Of a stretch of 64,000 nucleotides of DNA, positions 37,116-47,178 are shown one piece after another. A model generated the notes under the pieces. It ran no database searches. It had not been told where the DNA came from and saw only the letters and a list, made by a program, of their open reading frames with translations. The first letter of the stretch is position 1. Each line of letters starts with the position of its first letter. The stretch comes from a virus. The position numbers and the translations under genes were made by a program. The stretch is from the IMG/VR virus record IMGVR_UViG_3300026136_000008. The stretch is one strand, 5' to 3'.

Positions 37116-38155
37116 TGTGCTGCAAATGGGTCAAATGCTTTATTACATTTAAGAGCACAAACCTTTAATCGGTTAGGCCCAACTTCCCATGCTTCCTCTA
37201 TTGAATTAAAAAATGTATTTATAATTTCTTCTATAGGTGTAGTGATTGCATTAATATCGTACTGATCTATGTGTTCCCATATCTGTGCTTCACCTGGTTT
37301 TTGCCACCATTTATACATTTGTCCTGCTGTCCAACAACAAGGGAATACAAATCCCTCAGCTGAAATATAAATCTCTTTTTTCTTTATGCATTTAGGCTCT
37401 ATGTCAGCCACATCCAGATAAGAATCCATAGAACCAAACTTCCTAGTAATCTCATCAAATGTTGTGCTTGCCTTGTTCTTAAAGCGTTCCATAGTAGGTG
37501 GCTCCAAGAGTTGTGTGTGTTGCTCATGTCTGTCCTGTGATTGATGTGAATCTTTTTTCTTTAACGTTGCACTAGAAATATATCTACCTGATTTCTTTAC
37601 ACTAAATGTTTTAACACCTAATGTCTTTGACCATAACTCAGCCTCTTCAAGCTGATGTTCGTTATGTTTAAATACTAAGAATTCCCACTTCGCGTTACCA
37701 CCTGCTTCACAAAAGGCGGCCATATTTTCTTCTACTTTATTCCAACTAACACCTTGTCTATACAAATGATTAGTGTCATCTAAACCATCAACAGAGAATG
37801 TTACATGGTCTACAACCTTTGCTAACTCTCTCCACCAACCAGGTGTTCGTGCACCACCATTTGTATTCATTGCAAGACGTATCTTCGGATTAACTTCCTT
37901 TAACCATTGGCATATCTCTAATGTTTCAGGTGCCATCATCGGATCACCATGATTACCACACATATAGAGGTTCTCAAGCTGGCGTACAAAAGCTTCAGGC
38001 ATCATAATCTTGACATCCATCAATGATAGATCAGCATTAGTTAAATGATAATTATCTTTACCACCATTCACATTACGATCACACATTGGACATCTTGCCT
38101 GACACTTCTGCGTTGGCTCAAGATGAACCTGTTTTATATCTTCGTATTTGTACAT
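37106..38155 (-). CDS. Radical SAM protein with C-terminal SPASM/twitch domain
   Basis: CQARCPMC, GNHGDP, FSVDG; C...GFVFPCC...CALKC. Confidence 0.92.
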   Translation of the reverse strand: MYKYEDIKQVHLEPTQKCQARCPMCDRNVNGGKDNYHLTNADLSLMDVKIMMPEAFVRQLENLYMCGNHGDPMMAPETLEICQWLKEVNPKIRLAMNTNGGARTPGWWRELAKVVDHVTFSVDGLDDTNHLYRQGVSWNKVEENMAAFCEAGGNAKWEFLVFKHNEHQLEEAELWSKTLGVKTFSVKKSGRYISSATLKKKDSHQSQDRHEQHTQLLEPPTMERFKNKASTTFDEITRKFGSMDSYLDVADIEPKCIKKKEIYISAEGFVFPCCWTAGQMYKWWQKPGEAQIWEHIDQYDINAITTPIEEIINTFFNSIEEAWEVGPNRLKVCALKCNKAFDPFAAQWQ

Positions 38156-39054
38156 TATACCCCTGGTTCAGTAATCCCTGGATAATATTTTAATGCTTCT
38201 TTAGGATCATTATTCCAAATATGAGCGGTAGCCCATTGTTTTTCTATACACCACCAACAGCGTTTACATTCTGTTTTAAATCCATCTGTTCTTTCCCATG
38301 GTCCTTCACAACTTCTTGTTAATGGACCAAGCTCTAATAATAACCCATACTTTTTATATAAAGCTAGTACAATTCTTTTATCATCGTGTATAAACGGAAG
38401 ATTTTCAAAGAACTTATAATTAGAAACTTTTCTACCTTGATCACACAAATCATCTATTGCTTTTTGATTCCACTCTTTTCCACATAAAGCTTTTGCTTCA
38501 GGTCCAAATTCATTATCAATAATTGGAAGGTGTATCTCTTTAATTTCTTCTTCATCCCAACCAGCAGTATCATCATCACGATTCAAAGCTCTTTTTTCCC
38601 ATGCTACACCCCAATATTGTTGTTCATGTTTTGATGGATTTAGTGTTACACCGTTAAATAATTTTGTTATTTTCCAATCATAAGCCATTTCCCATGATAA
38701 TTCTGTACCATGATCCACATATTCTATTGAATTGGCTACGCTAGTTCTATGCTCTCCAAATTCAACATTAGGGAAAGAATCTTTTACAAATTGAATAACT
38801 TTCTTTGCGTGATGAACTTGAAAAGGTCTTTCGTCAAGGCAGACCGACCATTGATGTATTGTTGTATCCCAATTATTTTTATCAATATGATATGCAAGTA
38901 ACCACAATAACATGGCTGAATCCATTCCACCTGACATGCCTATTCCGATATGTTTATCTGATTTATCAATATTTAATTTTATATTATATGTTTTTTCATG
39001 AGGTATTGTTTTTGCTTTACCTCTTCCGTATATTACTATATTTTCCTCAATCAT
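38155..39054 (-). CDS. QueC-like PP-loop ATPase (adenine nucleotide alpha-hydrolase)
   Basis: SGGMDS; LTRSCE...CKRCWWC Zn site. Confidence 0.8.
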   Translation of the reverse strand: MIEENIVIYGRGKAKTIPHEKTYNIKLNIDKSDKHIGIGMSGGMDSAMLLWLLAYHIDKNNWDTTIHQWSVCLDERPFQVHHAKKVIQFVKDSFPNVEFGEHRTSVANSIEYVDHGTELSWEMAYDWKITKLFNGVTLNPSKHEQQYWGVAWEKRALNRDDDTAGWDEEEIKEIHLPIIDNEFGPEAKALCGKEWNQKAIDDLCDQGRKVSNYKFFENLPFIHDDKRIVLALYKKYGLLLELGPLTRSCEGPWERTDGFKTECKRCWWCIEKQWATAHIWNNDPKEALKYYPGITEPGV

Positions 39055-40211
39055 TAACTTAGCCTCTCGCTTAATTCAACATTTAGTTTTGAGCACCGCT
39101 TTGTGCAAACTTTTAATTTAGGCATGACCTCATCGTCATACGAATTAGACCAAGATTTCTCTAAGTCTTCTGTAAAGAATGGATGATTTACTATCTCATC
39201 CCATGTATGATAATTTATATTATTCCAATTCTCGTCATAGTTATCCATAAATCTTTCCCAAGCATGTTTATCACCTGAGTTTAATCTTGTCCAATAGTTA
39301 TAATTAGACTGATGCCAACAACATCTATATACTCCACCATCGTGTGATATTTGCCACATACCATTTTCAGACCATTCACATACTATACCAGATTTTTCTT
39401 TTGCATTATCTAGATTCTGTTCTACACTTAAAGCAGGATTAATCTCAACATCTTGTATGAGTGTCTTCGCTTTTTCTGCCACCTCATCTAAATTACTCTT
39501 AGGTGATAAATTGATTTCTGCATCACGCATATCTTTATAATCTGCATCTTCACCTTTCATAGCTTTAAAGATGGCTAACTTACTTGCTACTTGTTCTATT
39601 CGCTGTACTCTATCTCTATGAAATTCTGCAAACCCATATTCTGTGGCTAACTCTTTTGCTCTTTCTTCTAGTGGTTCATTAAATTCAAATGGAATCATTT
39701 TCCAACATGCAGTACCACCCGCACCTATAAATGCTTTTGCATTTGCAATAATCTTATCAAAGCTAGTATTGATTCTATACATTTCTTGTGTTTCATTATC
39801 GACACCATCTAAATCAAAAAAGATTTTATGACGATCTACACCATCAACAGTAGGTAAATGCTCACTTAATATAGCACCAAGTTTTGCCCACCATTTTGGA
39901 TTACGCATAGATGCATTAGTAGATATAGTAAGCATCTCTATATCTTTCTTTGCTGCGTATTCTATCATCTCTAGAAATTTTGGATGAAGAGGAGAATCAC
40001 CAAATCCACCATCGTATGATATATACTTTAATGGAGAAGCCTCATCAAGTAATTTGTTATGAGCTTCTAATGTCATATTAATATTTTTTGGCGGACCGCC
40101 AATTTCATCTGTAACAGAATTAATTACTTTATGGCGTATACACCCAGGGCATTTTGCCTGGCAATTTGATGTAACCTCTATGGTTAATTGATCTAATCTA
40201 TTATCAAGCAT
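39054..40211 (-). CDS. Radical SAM protein with C-terminal SPASM/twitch domain
   Basis: CQAKCPGC; C...DGGVYRCC...CTKRC. Confidence 0.9.
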   Translation of the reverse strand: MLDNRLDQLTIEVTSNCQAKCPGCIRHKVINSVTDEIGGPPKNINMTLEAHNKLLDEASPLKYISYDGGFGDSPLHPKFLEMIEYAAKKDIEMLTISTNASMRNPKWWAKLGAILSEHLPTVDGVDRHKIFFDLDGVDNETQEMYRINTSFDKIIANAKAFIGAGGTACWKMIPFEFNEPLEERAKELATEYGFAEFHRDRVQRIEQVASKLAIFKAMKGEDADYKDMRDAEINLSPKSNLDEVAEKAKTLIQDVEINPALSVEQNLDNAKEKSGIVCEWSENGMWQISHDGGVYRCCWHQSNYNYWTRLNSGDKHAWERFMDNYDENWNNINYHTWDEIVNHPFFTEDLEKSWSNSYDDEVMPKLKVCTKRCSKLNVELSERLS

Positions 40212-41382
40212 TTACATAATCCCATATTTTAGGAGCCATCTCTTTTGCAGATACATCATATAATTCATCTTGTAGTTTTACTAGTTCTTTAAACTTATAT
40301 GTATCTATTGTTCTTTTACCTGTCAATCTCTTTAAGAATTCTTTTGTAAAATCATTTTCATCTGTATTTGCTAACAAATGAAGCTTGACATCTTCTTCAA
40401 GATTTACAATATCCATAACCTGAGGCCAATGAACAAATGTAGCTCTTATATTTGCAGGTGTATCAATTGAGTCTCTTATATCACACAAGTCTTTATATAT
40501 TTCATTCATATAAAAAGCCTGATATGATGATGTAGTACACACAAATAAAAACTTAGTTACATATGGTGCAATCTCTTTTATATTATTTATAACTGTTTGG
40601 TAATCTCCCCCAGTTCTAAAGTAATTAAACAGATCGCCTGTGCCATCCATAGATACTGTTACATTTACACCTTTAAAATGCGGCCAAAGATCTTTAACAT
40701 TATATCCTTTATATTCTAAGATACTCATATTTGTATTGTATATAAGTTGAATCTTTTTCGTATCAATGTTTGGATCATCTATCATTCTATGTAAGTGTTT
40801 ATACATATCTCGTGTATAGAATGGTTCACCACCAGAAAATTCTATTCCTTCTACTCCACGCGGTATAACATTTTTAAATAAATCATCAATAACTTCAGTA
40901 GCCGGAACAGGAATCTTTTCTTTAGGTGTAGATATATGTGTGAATTGAAAATCCTTTCTTAATTTTGTTTCTATCTCAGGGAATTGTCTACCAGTTAATT
41001 CGAATCTTGAATTAGATGCTGTGTCACAATGTCTACACTGATAGTTACAAGCTCGGGTTGCTTTGATCTGTAAATCTTTTATATAGATATTATCACTATC
41101 ATAATCAGGTTCAGATATATGAGCAATGTCTAGTGATCGTGTTCTATACGAAGATACTCCAGCCTCTTCTTGTATTTTACAATCTATACAACCATTTGGA
41201 AATACACCATTACGAAGTTGCTGACGAACCTTTACAAAGTCACTATTATTAATTACTTCAGAAGGAAGTTTATCACTACCTGATTCTACAAAGTCATGCC
41301 TTTTAAAACGAAAGCATGGAGCATATCCACCTTTCTTGAAGTCTAAATGACCCCAAGCATATTTACATTTTAGCATCCCCAT
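40204..41382 (-). CDS. Radical SAM protein with N-terminal twitch domain
   Basis: CKYAW...PC...CIDC followed by CNYQCRHC, SGGEPF. Confidence 0.92.
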   Translation of the reverse strand: MGMLKCKYAWGHLDFKKGGYAPCFRFKRHDFVESGSDKLPSEVINNSDFVKVRQQLRNGVFPNGCIDCKIQEEAGVSSYRTRSLDIAHISEPDYDSDNIYIKDLQIKATRACNYQCRHCDTASNSRFELTGRQFPEIETKLRKDFQFTHISTPKEKIPVPATEVIDDLFKNVIPRGVEGIEFSGGEPFYTRDMYKHLHRMIDDPNIDTKKIQLIYNTNMSILEYKGYNVKDLWPHFKGVNVTVSMDGTGDLFNYFRTGGDYQTVINNIKEIAPYVTKFLFVCTTSSYQAFYMNEIYKDLCDIRDSIDTPANIRATFVHWPQVMDIVNLEEDVKLHLLANTDENDFTKEFLKRLTGKRTIDTYKFKELVKLQDELYDVSAKEMAPKIWDYVNA

Positions 41383-42608
41383 CCTTCTTCAATAAACTCA
41401 GCAAGCTCAGGATTATAATCTTCTAATTTTGAATCATAATATTTATCTAAAGCAACAATCTTTTCTTTGAATCTTGCCCATCGTTTATGGTTATACTCTT
41501 CTTTTTTAAATAATTTATGTCTTTGACTATCAAGTTTTAACATAGCATCATCTGACATCTCGACTTTACTCCATTCTTCTTCTAACCAATCTAAATATTC
41601 AGCGGGCGCATAATGAGGACAATAGTCACCATCTTTTACTATTAATCTTGACACACTACACTCTGGATAATTCTCAGCAAACCATACTATATCACCAGCT
41701 AATCCATTTAAATTTAATAATGAATATGTTGAATGCACATGATGTTTAACCATTTTATAAATTTTAGAATGATACCATTTATAAATTTCTAATGTCTCTT
41801 TCCAACCAGGAGAACCCCAACGTTGATATGAATTATAATCATTGCACCCATCTAATGAGCAAGTAAGAATAATTTCTTTAAATAAATTTAACTTATCTAT
41901 TATTCGTTCATCGACTTTATTTGTACAATTACTTACAATCTCAAGTCTTAAATTTTCTGGTTTAGCTTCTTCTATTAAATGATCTAATAGTTTTTCAAAA
42001 TTAGGTGAATAAAATGGTTCACCGCCAAGGATTTTAAGATGCTGTAACTCGGACCAATCTACACCAAGAGATTTAATAAATTCAATTCTTTGTTTAGGAA
42101 TCTTTGTAGGTTTTCTACTTCCAAGATTAGTTACTTTATCATTATATACAAATTCTACGTTTATTAGATGTTCATCTCTTCTATATAAATTACTTGAAAA
42201 CATTGAGTCACACATCTTGCATTGAAGATTACATATATTATCAAGGCTAATTTCCATGCCTTTTAAACCAATAAAATTTTCATCTAAATTTTGTAAGTCT
42301 AATCTATAGTCAGTATTAGCTTGTCCTCGCATAGACATAGGTTGCATTTTATCTGGGTAAGATGCTTCATTTAAATAACATTCATTACATTCTTCTATCT
42401 TTTCACCAGCAAGCATCTTTACTCTCATCCATTTAAATGCATCTTCTAAGGTATCATTAGTATTCTCACCGAGTTTTACAGTGCCTCTACCACGCAGACT
42501 AATACCACAGCATGGTCTTAAAGAATTTTCCATTGTTACAGTAGTATGAACCCAAGGATACATGCATACTACACCATTATCTTTACCATCATAATCGTAT
42601 CTACTCAT
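41370..42608 (-). CDS. Radical SAM protein with N-terminal twitch domain
   Basis: CMYPW...PCC...CNEC followed by CNLQCKMC, GGEPF. Confidence 0.92.
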   Translation of the reverse strand: MSRYDYDGKDNGVVCMYPWVHTTVTMENSLRPCCGISLRGRGTVKLGENTNDTLEDAFKWMRVKMLAGEKIEECNECYLNEASYPDKMQPMSMRGQANTDYRLDLQNLDENFIGLKGMEISLDNICNLQCKMCDSMFSSNLYRRDEHLINVEFVYNDKVTNLGSRKPTKIPKQRIEFIKSLGVDWSELQHLKILGGEPFYSPNFEKLLDHLIEEAKPENLRLEIVSNCTNKVDERIIDKLNLFKEIILTCSLDGCNDYNSYQRWGSPGWKETLEIYKWYHSKIYKMVKHHVHSTYSLLNLNGLAGDIVWFAENYPECSVSRLIVKDGDYCPHYAPAEYLDWLEEEWSKVEMSDDAMLKLDSQRHKLFKKEEYNHKRWARFKEKIVALDKYYDSKLEDYNPELAEFIEEGWGC

Positions 42609-43734
42609 TTATTATATCCTCAAATCTGTCATCTAAATCTAATATATTTTGATTTCTAATTTTATCTTGTTTAGCTACAACATGTTTAAAAGCATAATTC
42701 TTTTCTTTGTCAAATTTGCTGGCTTGTAAAATACTAATAGCTTCTTCAGCTTCTAGAGTTTTTCTTCTCCATACTTCACCCGTTTGCTGATGTCTATCAT
42801 CATAATTTTCAATCCATCTTTTTAACCAGGCTATTTGATAATCTTTATATTCATCTGGTATAGCATCAAGATTATATTCTACTGGCCAAAATACAACACC
42901 AAAGAATAATGGAATATTAAATTCCATCAGCTCATCCCACCATGTATCAAGCACTGGCATATTAATAGCAGTAGCAGTTAATTGAATTTGTAAATTCTTA
43001 AAATGCTTTTTATATTTCCATATATTTTGTTTAATTTCATTCCAATTACTTTTATGTCTTTGGTATTCTTGTACAGGGCCTGCGGCATCAACAGATAAAG
43101 TTATTTCAAGTTTGCCAGTAATAGAGTGAAGCTTATTAAACCATTTATCAGATGCGTTAGTTGCATTAGTAGTTATACCAACATACATATCAAGATCTTT
43201 AATATGGTCAATCCACTTTCTTATTTCTAAATCAATAGAAGGTTCACCGCCTAATATCATAAGTTTTTTACAATTAGACAAATCTATATCATAAGCATCT
43301 GAAGTATCTAAGTGCATTACTTCAACTCCCTTTTCTTCTTCAATCAAGCTAGATGCACCTTCCCAACACATGCGACACATTAAATTACATTTATTACCTG
43401 GTCTATAATCGAATCTTACTACTTTGTTTTCACTATTGAAGTCTGCAGGATAACCTTCGTATTTCTGTCTTCTTGATAAAACATTAGGAATATTTCTCTC
43501 TTCGGTATTAGTACACTCAATACATGCCGGATGAATTTCATCTTCATACATTAACTGTTTAAAGTCTTTTAAGTAATCAGAATCCTTATAGTCTGTATAT
43601 GTACCTTTAAAAACATCACCTTTCCATTCACAGCAGGGTTTACATCCTACTGTACCTTCATAAGCTAAGCCTAGCCAGGGTGCTTTACAATATGGTTTAG
43701 TTCGCATCAAACATTTCTCTGTATTGTGGTACAA
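42601..43734 (-). CDS. Radical SAM protein with N-terminal twitch domain
   Basis: CKAPW...PCC...CIEC followed by CNLMCRMC, GGEPS. Confidence 0.92.
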   Translation of the reverse strand: MYHNTEKCLMRTKPYCKAPWLGLAYEGTVGCKPCCEWKGDVFKGTYTDYKDSDYLKDFKQLMYEDEIHPACIECTNTEERNIPNVLSRRQKYEGYPADFNSENKVVRFDYRPGNKCNLMCRMCWEGASSLIEEEKGVEVMHLDTSDAYDIDLSNCKKLMILGGEPSIDLEIRKWIDHIKDLDMYVGITTNATNASDKWFNKLHSITGKLEITLSVDAAGPVQEYQRHKSNWNEIKQNIWKYKKHFKNLQIQLTATAINMPVLDTWWDELMEFNIPLFFGVVFWPVEYNLDAIPDEYKDYQIAWLKRWIENYDDRHQQTGEVWRRKTLEAEEAISILQASKFDKEKNYAFKHVVAKQDKIRNQNILDLDDRFEDIINE

Positions 43735-45034
43735 TATCTCTTATATCTTGACCTCGTATCTCATCTAGTTGATTTGTTATATCAATGAAGCCTTGTAAAT
43801 GATCTTTAGAATAATCTTCTGATTGCATGAATCTTATTGTACTATCTAATACTTGATAGAAATGTTTTTTTACTTTGTCTGAATAGTCAGTACCTTTCAT
43901 CCATTCTTTATACAATTCATAATGATCTTCTACGTCATCTTTCAACATTTGAGGAAGTACTTTAATGTTATAATATTTTGGTGAGTGGCACATATGCTGA
44001 GTTATAGTCGGCCGTAAACCATCAATAGGATTATATCTGTCTAATCCACTCTCTTCTAATTTCCATTTAATAAACTCAGGCATATGATATACATTATATG
44101 GTGTAACAGTAAATGTAAACCAGCATTTTAGATTTACATCACGATTGTCATTTAGCTTTTTCATATGGTTATACACGGAATCCCATTTAGCTGGTGTACG
44201 TTGATAATCAAATACAGCTCCATATCCATCAACAGATGCACCTACACGGATCTGTTTAAACTGTGACCATAACTCCATGTATTTGTTTGTTACATTTGTT
44301 AGATTAGAATTATATTCTATTTCGATATTATGCGCATTACCACCATCAACTAATCGTTGTAAACTCTCTTCGTGTTCTTTAATAATAAGAGGTTCACCGC
44401 CGACAATATAAAGTTTTTTTGCTGTATGTGCATATTTTTCAAAGTTATCCCAGTAAATAGGAGCATCTTTAAACCAATCATATTGATCAGTCGTCCATTT
44501 ACCTGTAGGAGTTTGATGTAGTTCTATACGAGTGTGAGTATCTTTATATGTTGTTGCACCACTTAGTTTAACATAATCAGGATACCACATATGAGAATCT
44601 GTTGGTCCACACATTCTACATTTAAGATTACAGAAATTACCATAACGTATATCAAAGAATTCAATAAGTTGTTTATCTACATCAAGAGTTCCATCCTCCA
44701 TTGTGATTGGAATAGCTGTTTCTTTTTTTATTTCCCAATCGTTATTCTCATATTCTCGACGAGATGGAATACCATTAATCTCTTCTTGTCTACAGCGTTC
44801 ACATTCAGGATGCCATTCATCTTTTAGCATAGCTGCACGAACTTCCTTTAATATGTCAGCGTTCCTTGCCTCATTAAAGTCATCTTTTCCAGCGTTATAT
44901 ATTGTACCATCTTCCTTACGCATTATACCTTTTTTAGGTGAATATGAATTTGTATTACAACAAATCCTCATATCACCATTATTTCTTAGGTTAATAGAGT
45001 TCCAAGGAAGTGGACAGAAGGTATCTTTTTTCAT
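43697..45034 (-). CDS. Radical SAM protein with N-terminal twitch domain
   Basis: CPLPW...ICC...CERC followed by CNLKCRMC, GGEPL. Confidence 0.93.
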   Translation of the reverse strand: MKKDTFCPLPWNSINLRNNGDMRICCNTNSYSPKKGIMRKEDGTIYNAGKDDFNEARNADILKEVRAAMLKDEWHPECERCRQEEINGIPSRREYENNDWEIKKETAIPITMEDGTLDVDKQLIEFFDIRYGNFCNLKCRMCGPTDSHMWYPDYVKLSGATTYKDTHTRIELHQTPTGKWTTDQYDWFKDAPIYWDNFEKYAHTAKKLYIVGGEPLIIKEHEESLQRLVDGGNAHNIEIEYNSNLTNVTNKYMELWSQFKQIRVGASVDGYGAVFDYQRTPAKWDSVYNHMKKLNDNRDVNLKCWFTFTVTPYNVYHMPEFIKWKLEESGLDRYNPIDGLRPTITQHMCHSPKYYNIKVLPQMLKDDVEDHYELYKEWMKGTDYSDKVKKHFYQVLDSTIRFMQSEDYSKDHLQGFIDITNQLDEIRGQDIRDIVPQYREMFDAN

Positions 45035-45073
45035 ATAAATAAACTTATGTTAATCAATTTATTATTATTTATA
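45034..45073. promoter_or_regulatory. Face-to-face late promoters (+ 45034-45041; - 45066-45073)
   Basis: Two exact TATAAATA on opposite strands, each overlapping the start codon of the other strand's gene. Confidence 0.7.
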
Positions 45074-45750
45074 TGAATTATAAGACTACTAAAATAGAAA
45101 TACCAAAGACTGGAAATTTACTTTTGTGGGTATCTGGCGGACTTGATTCAGCATTAGGATTATATACTATAGCTAAACATATTAAAGAAAATAAACTAAA
45201 GAATAAAATTGTTGTAGCTACATGGAAAAGAGACGCAGATGATAATCCTAAAAAGGGTAAACCTGCTAAAGATTGGAATGTTACCCACGCTAAAAAAGTT
45301 ATGACATGGGTTGAAAAAGAATTAAAATTAACAAAGACTCAGAAGTTTCAACATATTATTGTAGATACTCCACCTAAAGATGGTTTAAGAATTGATAACG
45401 ATCAATGGCAGAAAGTATTTGATGATAATAAAAAGAAATACAAATTAAAAGAGTGTTACGGATTTGTTACTAAAAACCCATCTAGACCTGTTATGATAGA
45501 ACATGATTTATATACTGATGATAGACCTGCTTATAGAGATGGTGCAAAAAGATATCATCCTGAAAAACCATTTCAAAATCATGATAAAGCTTGGGTAGCC
45601 CGTTGTTTTGAATCGGAAGGTTTAATGAAAGGTTTATTTCCTTTAACAAGATCTTGTGAAGGCCAGGCAGATGAAACAAAAAACTTTACTAAACCATGTA
45701 AGAAATGTTGGTGGTGTAAAGAGAAATACTGGGCTTTTAAACAGTATTAA
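45073..45750 (+). CDS. QueC-like PP-loop ATPase, paralog of 38155-39054
   Basis: SGGLDS; LTRSCEG...CKKCWWC. Confidence 0.8.
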   Translation: MNYKTTKIEIPKTGNLLLWVSGGLDSALGLYTIAKHIKENKLKNKIVVATWKRDADDNPKKGKPAKDWNVTHAKKVMTWVEKELKLTKTQKFQHIIVDTPPKDGLRIDNDQWQKVFDDNKKKYKLKECYGFVTKNPSRPVMIEHDLYTDDRPAYRDGAKRYHPEKPFQNHDKAWVARCFESEGLMKGLFPLTRSCEGQADETKNFTKPCKKCWWCKEKYWAFKQY

Positions 45751-47173
45751 TTACTAGCGGAAAGTCATTGTTTGGTTTATGATAGTCTTGAAGCCAAGAT
45801 AGTTCTGGGAAGATTGCATTAAAATCTTGTCCTCTTTCTTCTGCAACACGATAACACCATTCAGCAGTCTCAGGTAATCGTACAGACCAATCTTCTGCAT
45901 TCATGAATGAGGCAATACCTTTAAGTCTATCAATAGTATAATTGTTTTCCATGAAAGCTTCTTTTGTTGGTGCACCAGATAATTCCCAGTTCTCTTCTAA
46001 CCATGGATAGAAAGCCTCATACTTTTCAGTAACCTTCTTCTTAAAATCTAATGGCAACGCTTTACAATTTAATTGAGGCGGCCAATATGCCAGATGGTTA
46101 TCAATCATACCTCCACCCTGAGGCCATGTATTTAACAGCTTCCATTTATTTGTTAATTTCCATTTAACGAAATCTGGTATAGACCATATGTTGAGTAGTT
46201 GTATAGTATAAGCTGTTGTAAGCCTAAGGTTTCCATGAGGATAGTTATCTAACTCCCTCATTTTTTCAGTGAGATGGTCGAATGTTGCAGGATATCTTAT
46301 ATAATGCAACCTATCTCCCATATCATCAATAGAGAAATGAAATATAACTTCCTTAAAATGCTTCCATAAATCGAACAAGTTGTCGTCCCACTCCATTCCG
46401 TTTGAGTTATATCTCACTTCAATCTCGCTAGCATAACCATCTTCAATGATTTGCTCTAATAATTCATAATGTTCTTTCATTACAAGTGGTTCACCACCTG
46501 CCCAATACAATTGTTTTAGTTTAGGTATTTGTTCGTATAGTTCATCAAAGAACATAGGATTCTTTTTATGCCATGCATAACTTGCACCTACGAAGGCTAA
46601 CTTACCTGTCTCCTTCTCCCAACGCATTGTTTTTTCTAAATTTTCATTCTTTAATTTAGGATGTATTTTTTTATGTTCTACAATCCAACCCGAAGAATCG
46701 TTCGGTGAACACATAACACAGGCTAACTGACACTTAGACCCAAGGCGAAGATCCACGTATCGGATTTGTGGTGGTACTGAACCAGTCTCTGGATCGTAAC
46801 CTTCTAATACTGACTCTAAACCTAATTTATTAATCCATTTTGTGGTCTCCCACATCCTCTTAGATCTATGTCCTGCATCTTCCTCTTTGTAACACTTAAT
46901 ACAACTATTAGGTTTCTCACCACGCATCATTGCTTTACGTGTACCTCTCATATAAGCATTATTCCATGCTGATTCTAATGATGTATTGGCAAGATTAGAA
47001 GGCATACCATCATCATTCTTTAGAATGCCAATGTCTGATTCTATCTTATCTTGAGAGTCTGGATTCTGAACACCGGAAGCGTTAGCTGTACAACATACGC
47101 GCATGTGTCCGTTTGGTCTTGTTGAGAGGTGTACCCATGGAAGAGCACAAAAAGTTTCACTTGGATAATTCAT
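45737..47173 (-). CDS. Radical SAM protein with N-terminal twitch domain
   Basis: CALPW...VCC...CIKC followed by CQLACVMC, AGGEPL. Confidence 0.93.
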   Translation of the reverse strand: MNYPSETFCALPWVHLSTRPNGHMRVCCTANASGVQNPDSQDKIESDIGILKNDDGMPSNLANTSLESAWNNAYMRGTRKAMMRGEKPNSCIKCYKEEDAGHRSKRMWETTKWINKLGLESVLEGYDPETGSVPPQIRYVDLRLGSKCQLACVMCSPNDSSGWIVEHKKIHPKLKNENLEKTMRWEKETGKLAFVGASYAWHKKNPMFFDELYEQIPKLKQLYWAGGEPLVMKEHYELLEQIIEDGYASEIEVRYNSNGMEWDDNLFDLWKHFKEVIFHFSIDDMGDRLHYIRYPATFDHLTEKMRELDNYPHGNLRLTTAYTIQLLNIWSIPDFVKWKLTNKWKLLNTWPQGGGMIDNHLAYWPPQLNCKALPLDFKKKVTEKYEAFYPWLEENWELSGAPTKEAFMENNYTIDRLKGIASFMNAEDWSVRLPETAEWCYRVAEERGQDFNAIFPELSWLQDYHKPNNDFPLVINTV

Positions 47174-47178
47174 AACAA

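Noticed and set aside
38155-45750. A complete 7-deazaguanine DNA modification system
   Set aside because: No dpdA, queD or folE in the window, and late-promoter context; it cannot be excluded for the rest of the genome
35982-47173. Assigning specific names (queE, moaA, viperin, nrdG) to the radical SAM genes
   Set aside because: Only the generic CxxxCxxC and twitch motifs are visible; family-specific signatures could not be confirmed by eye
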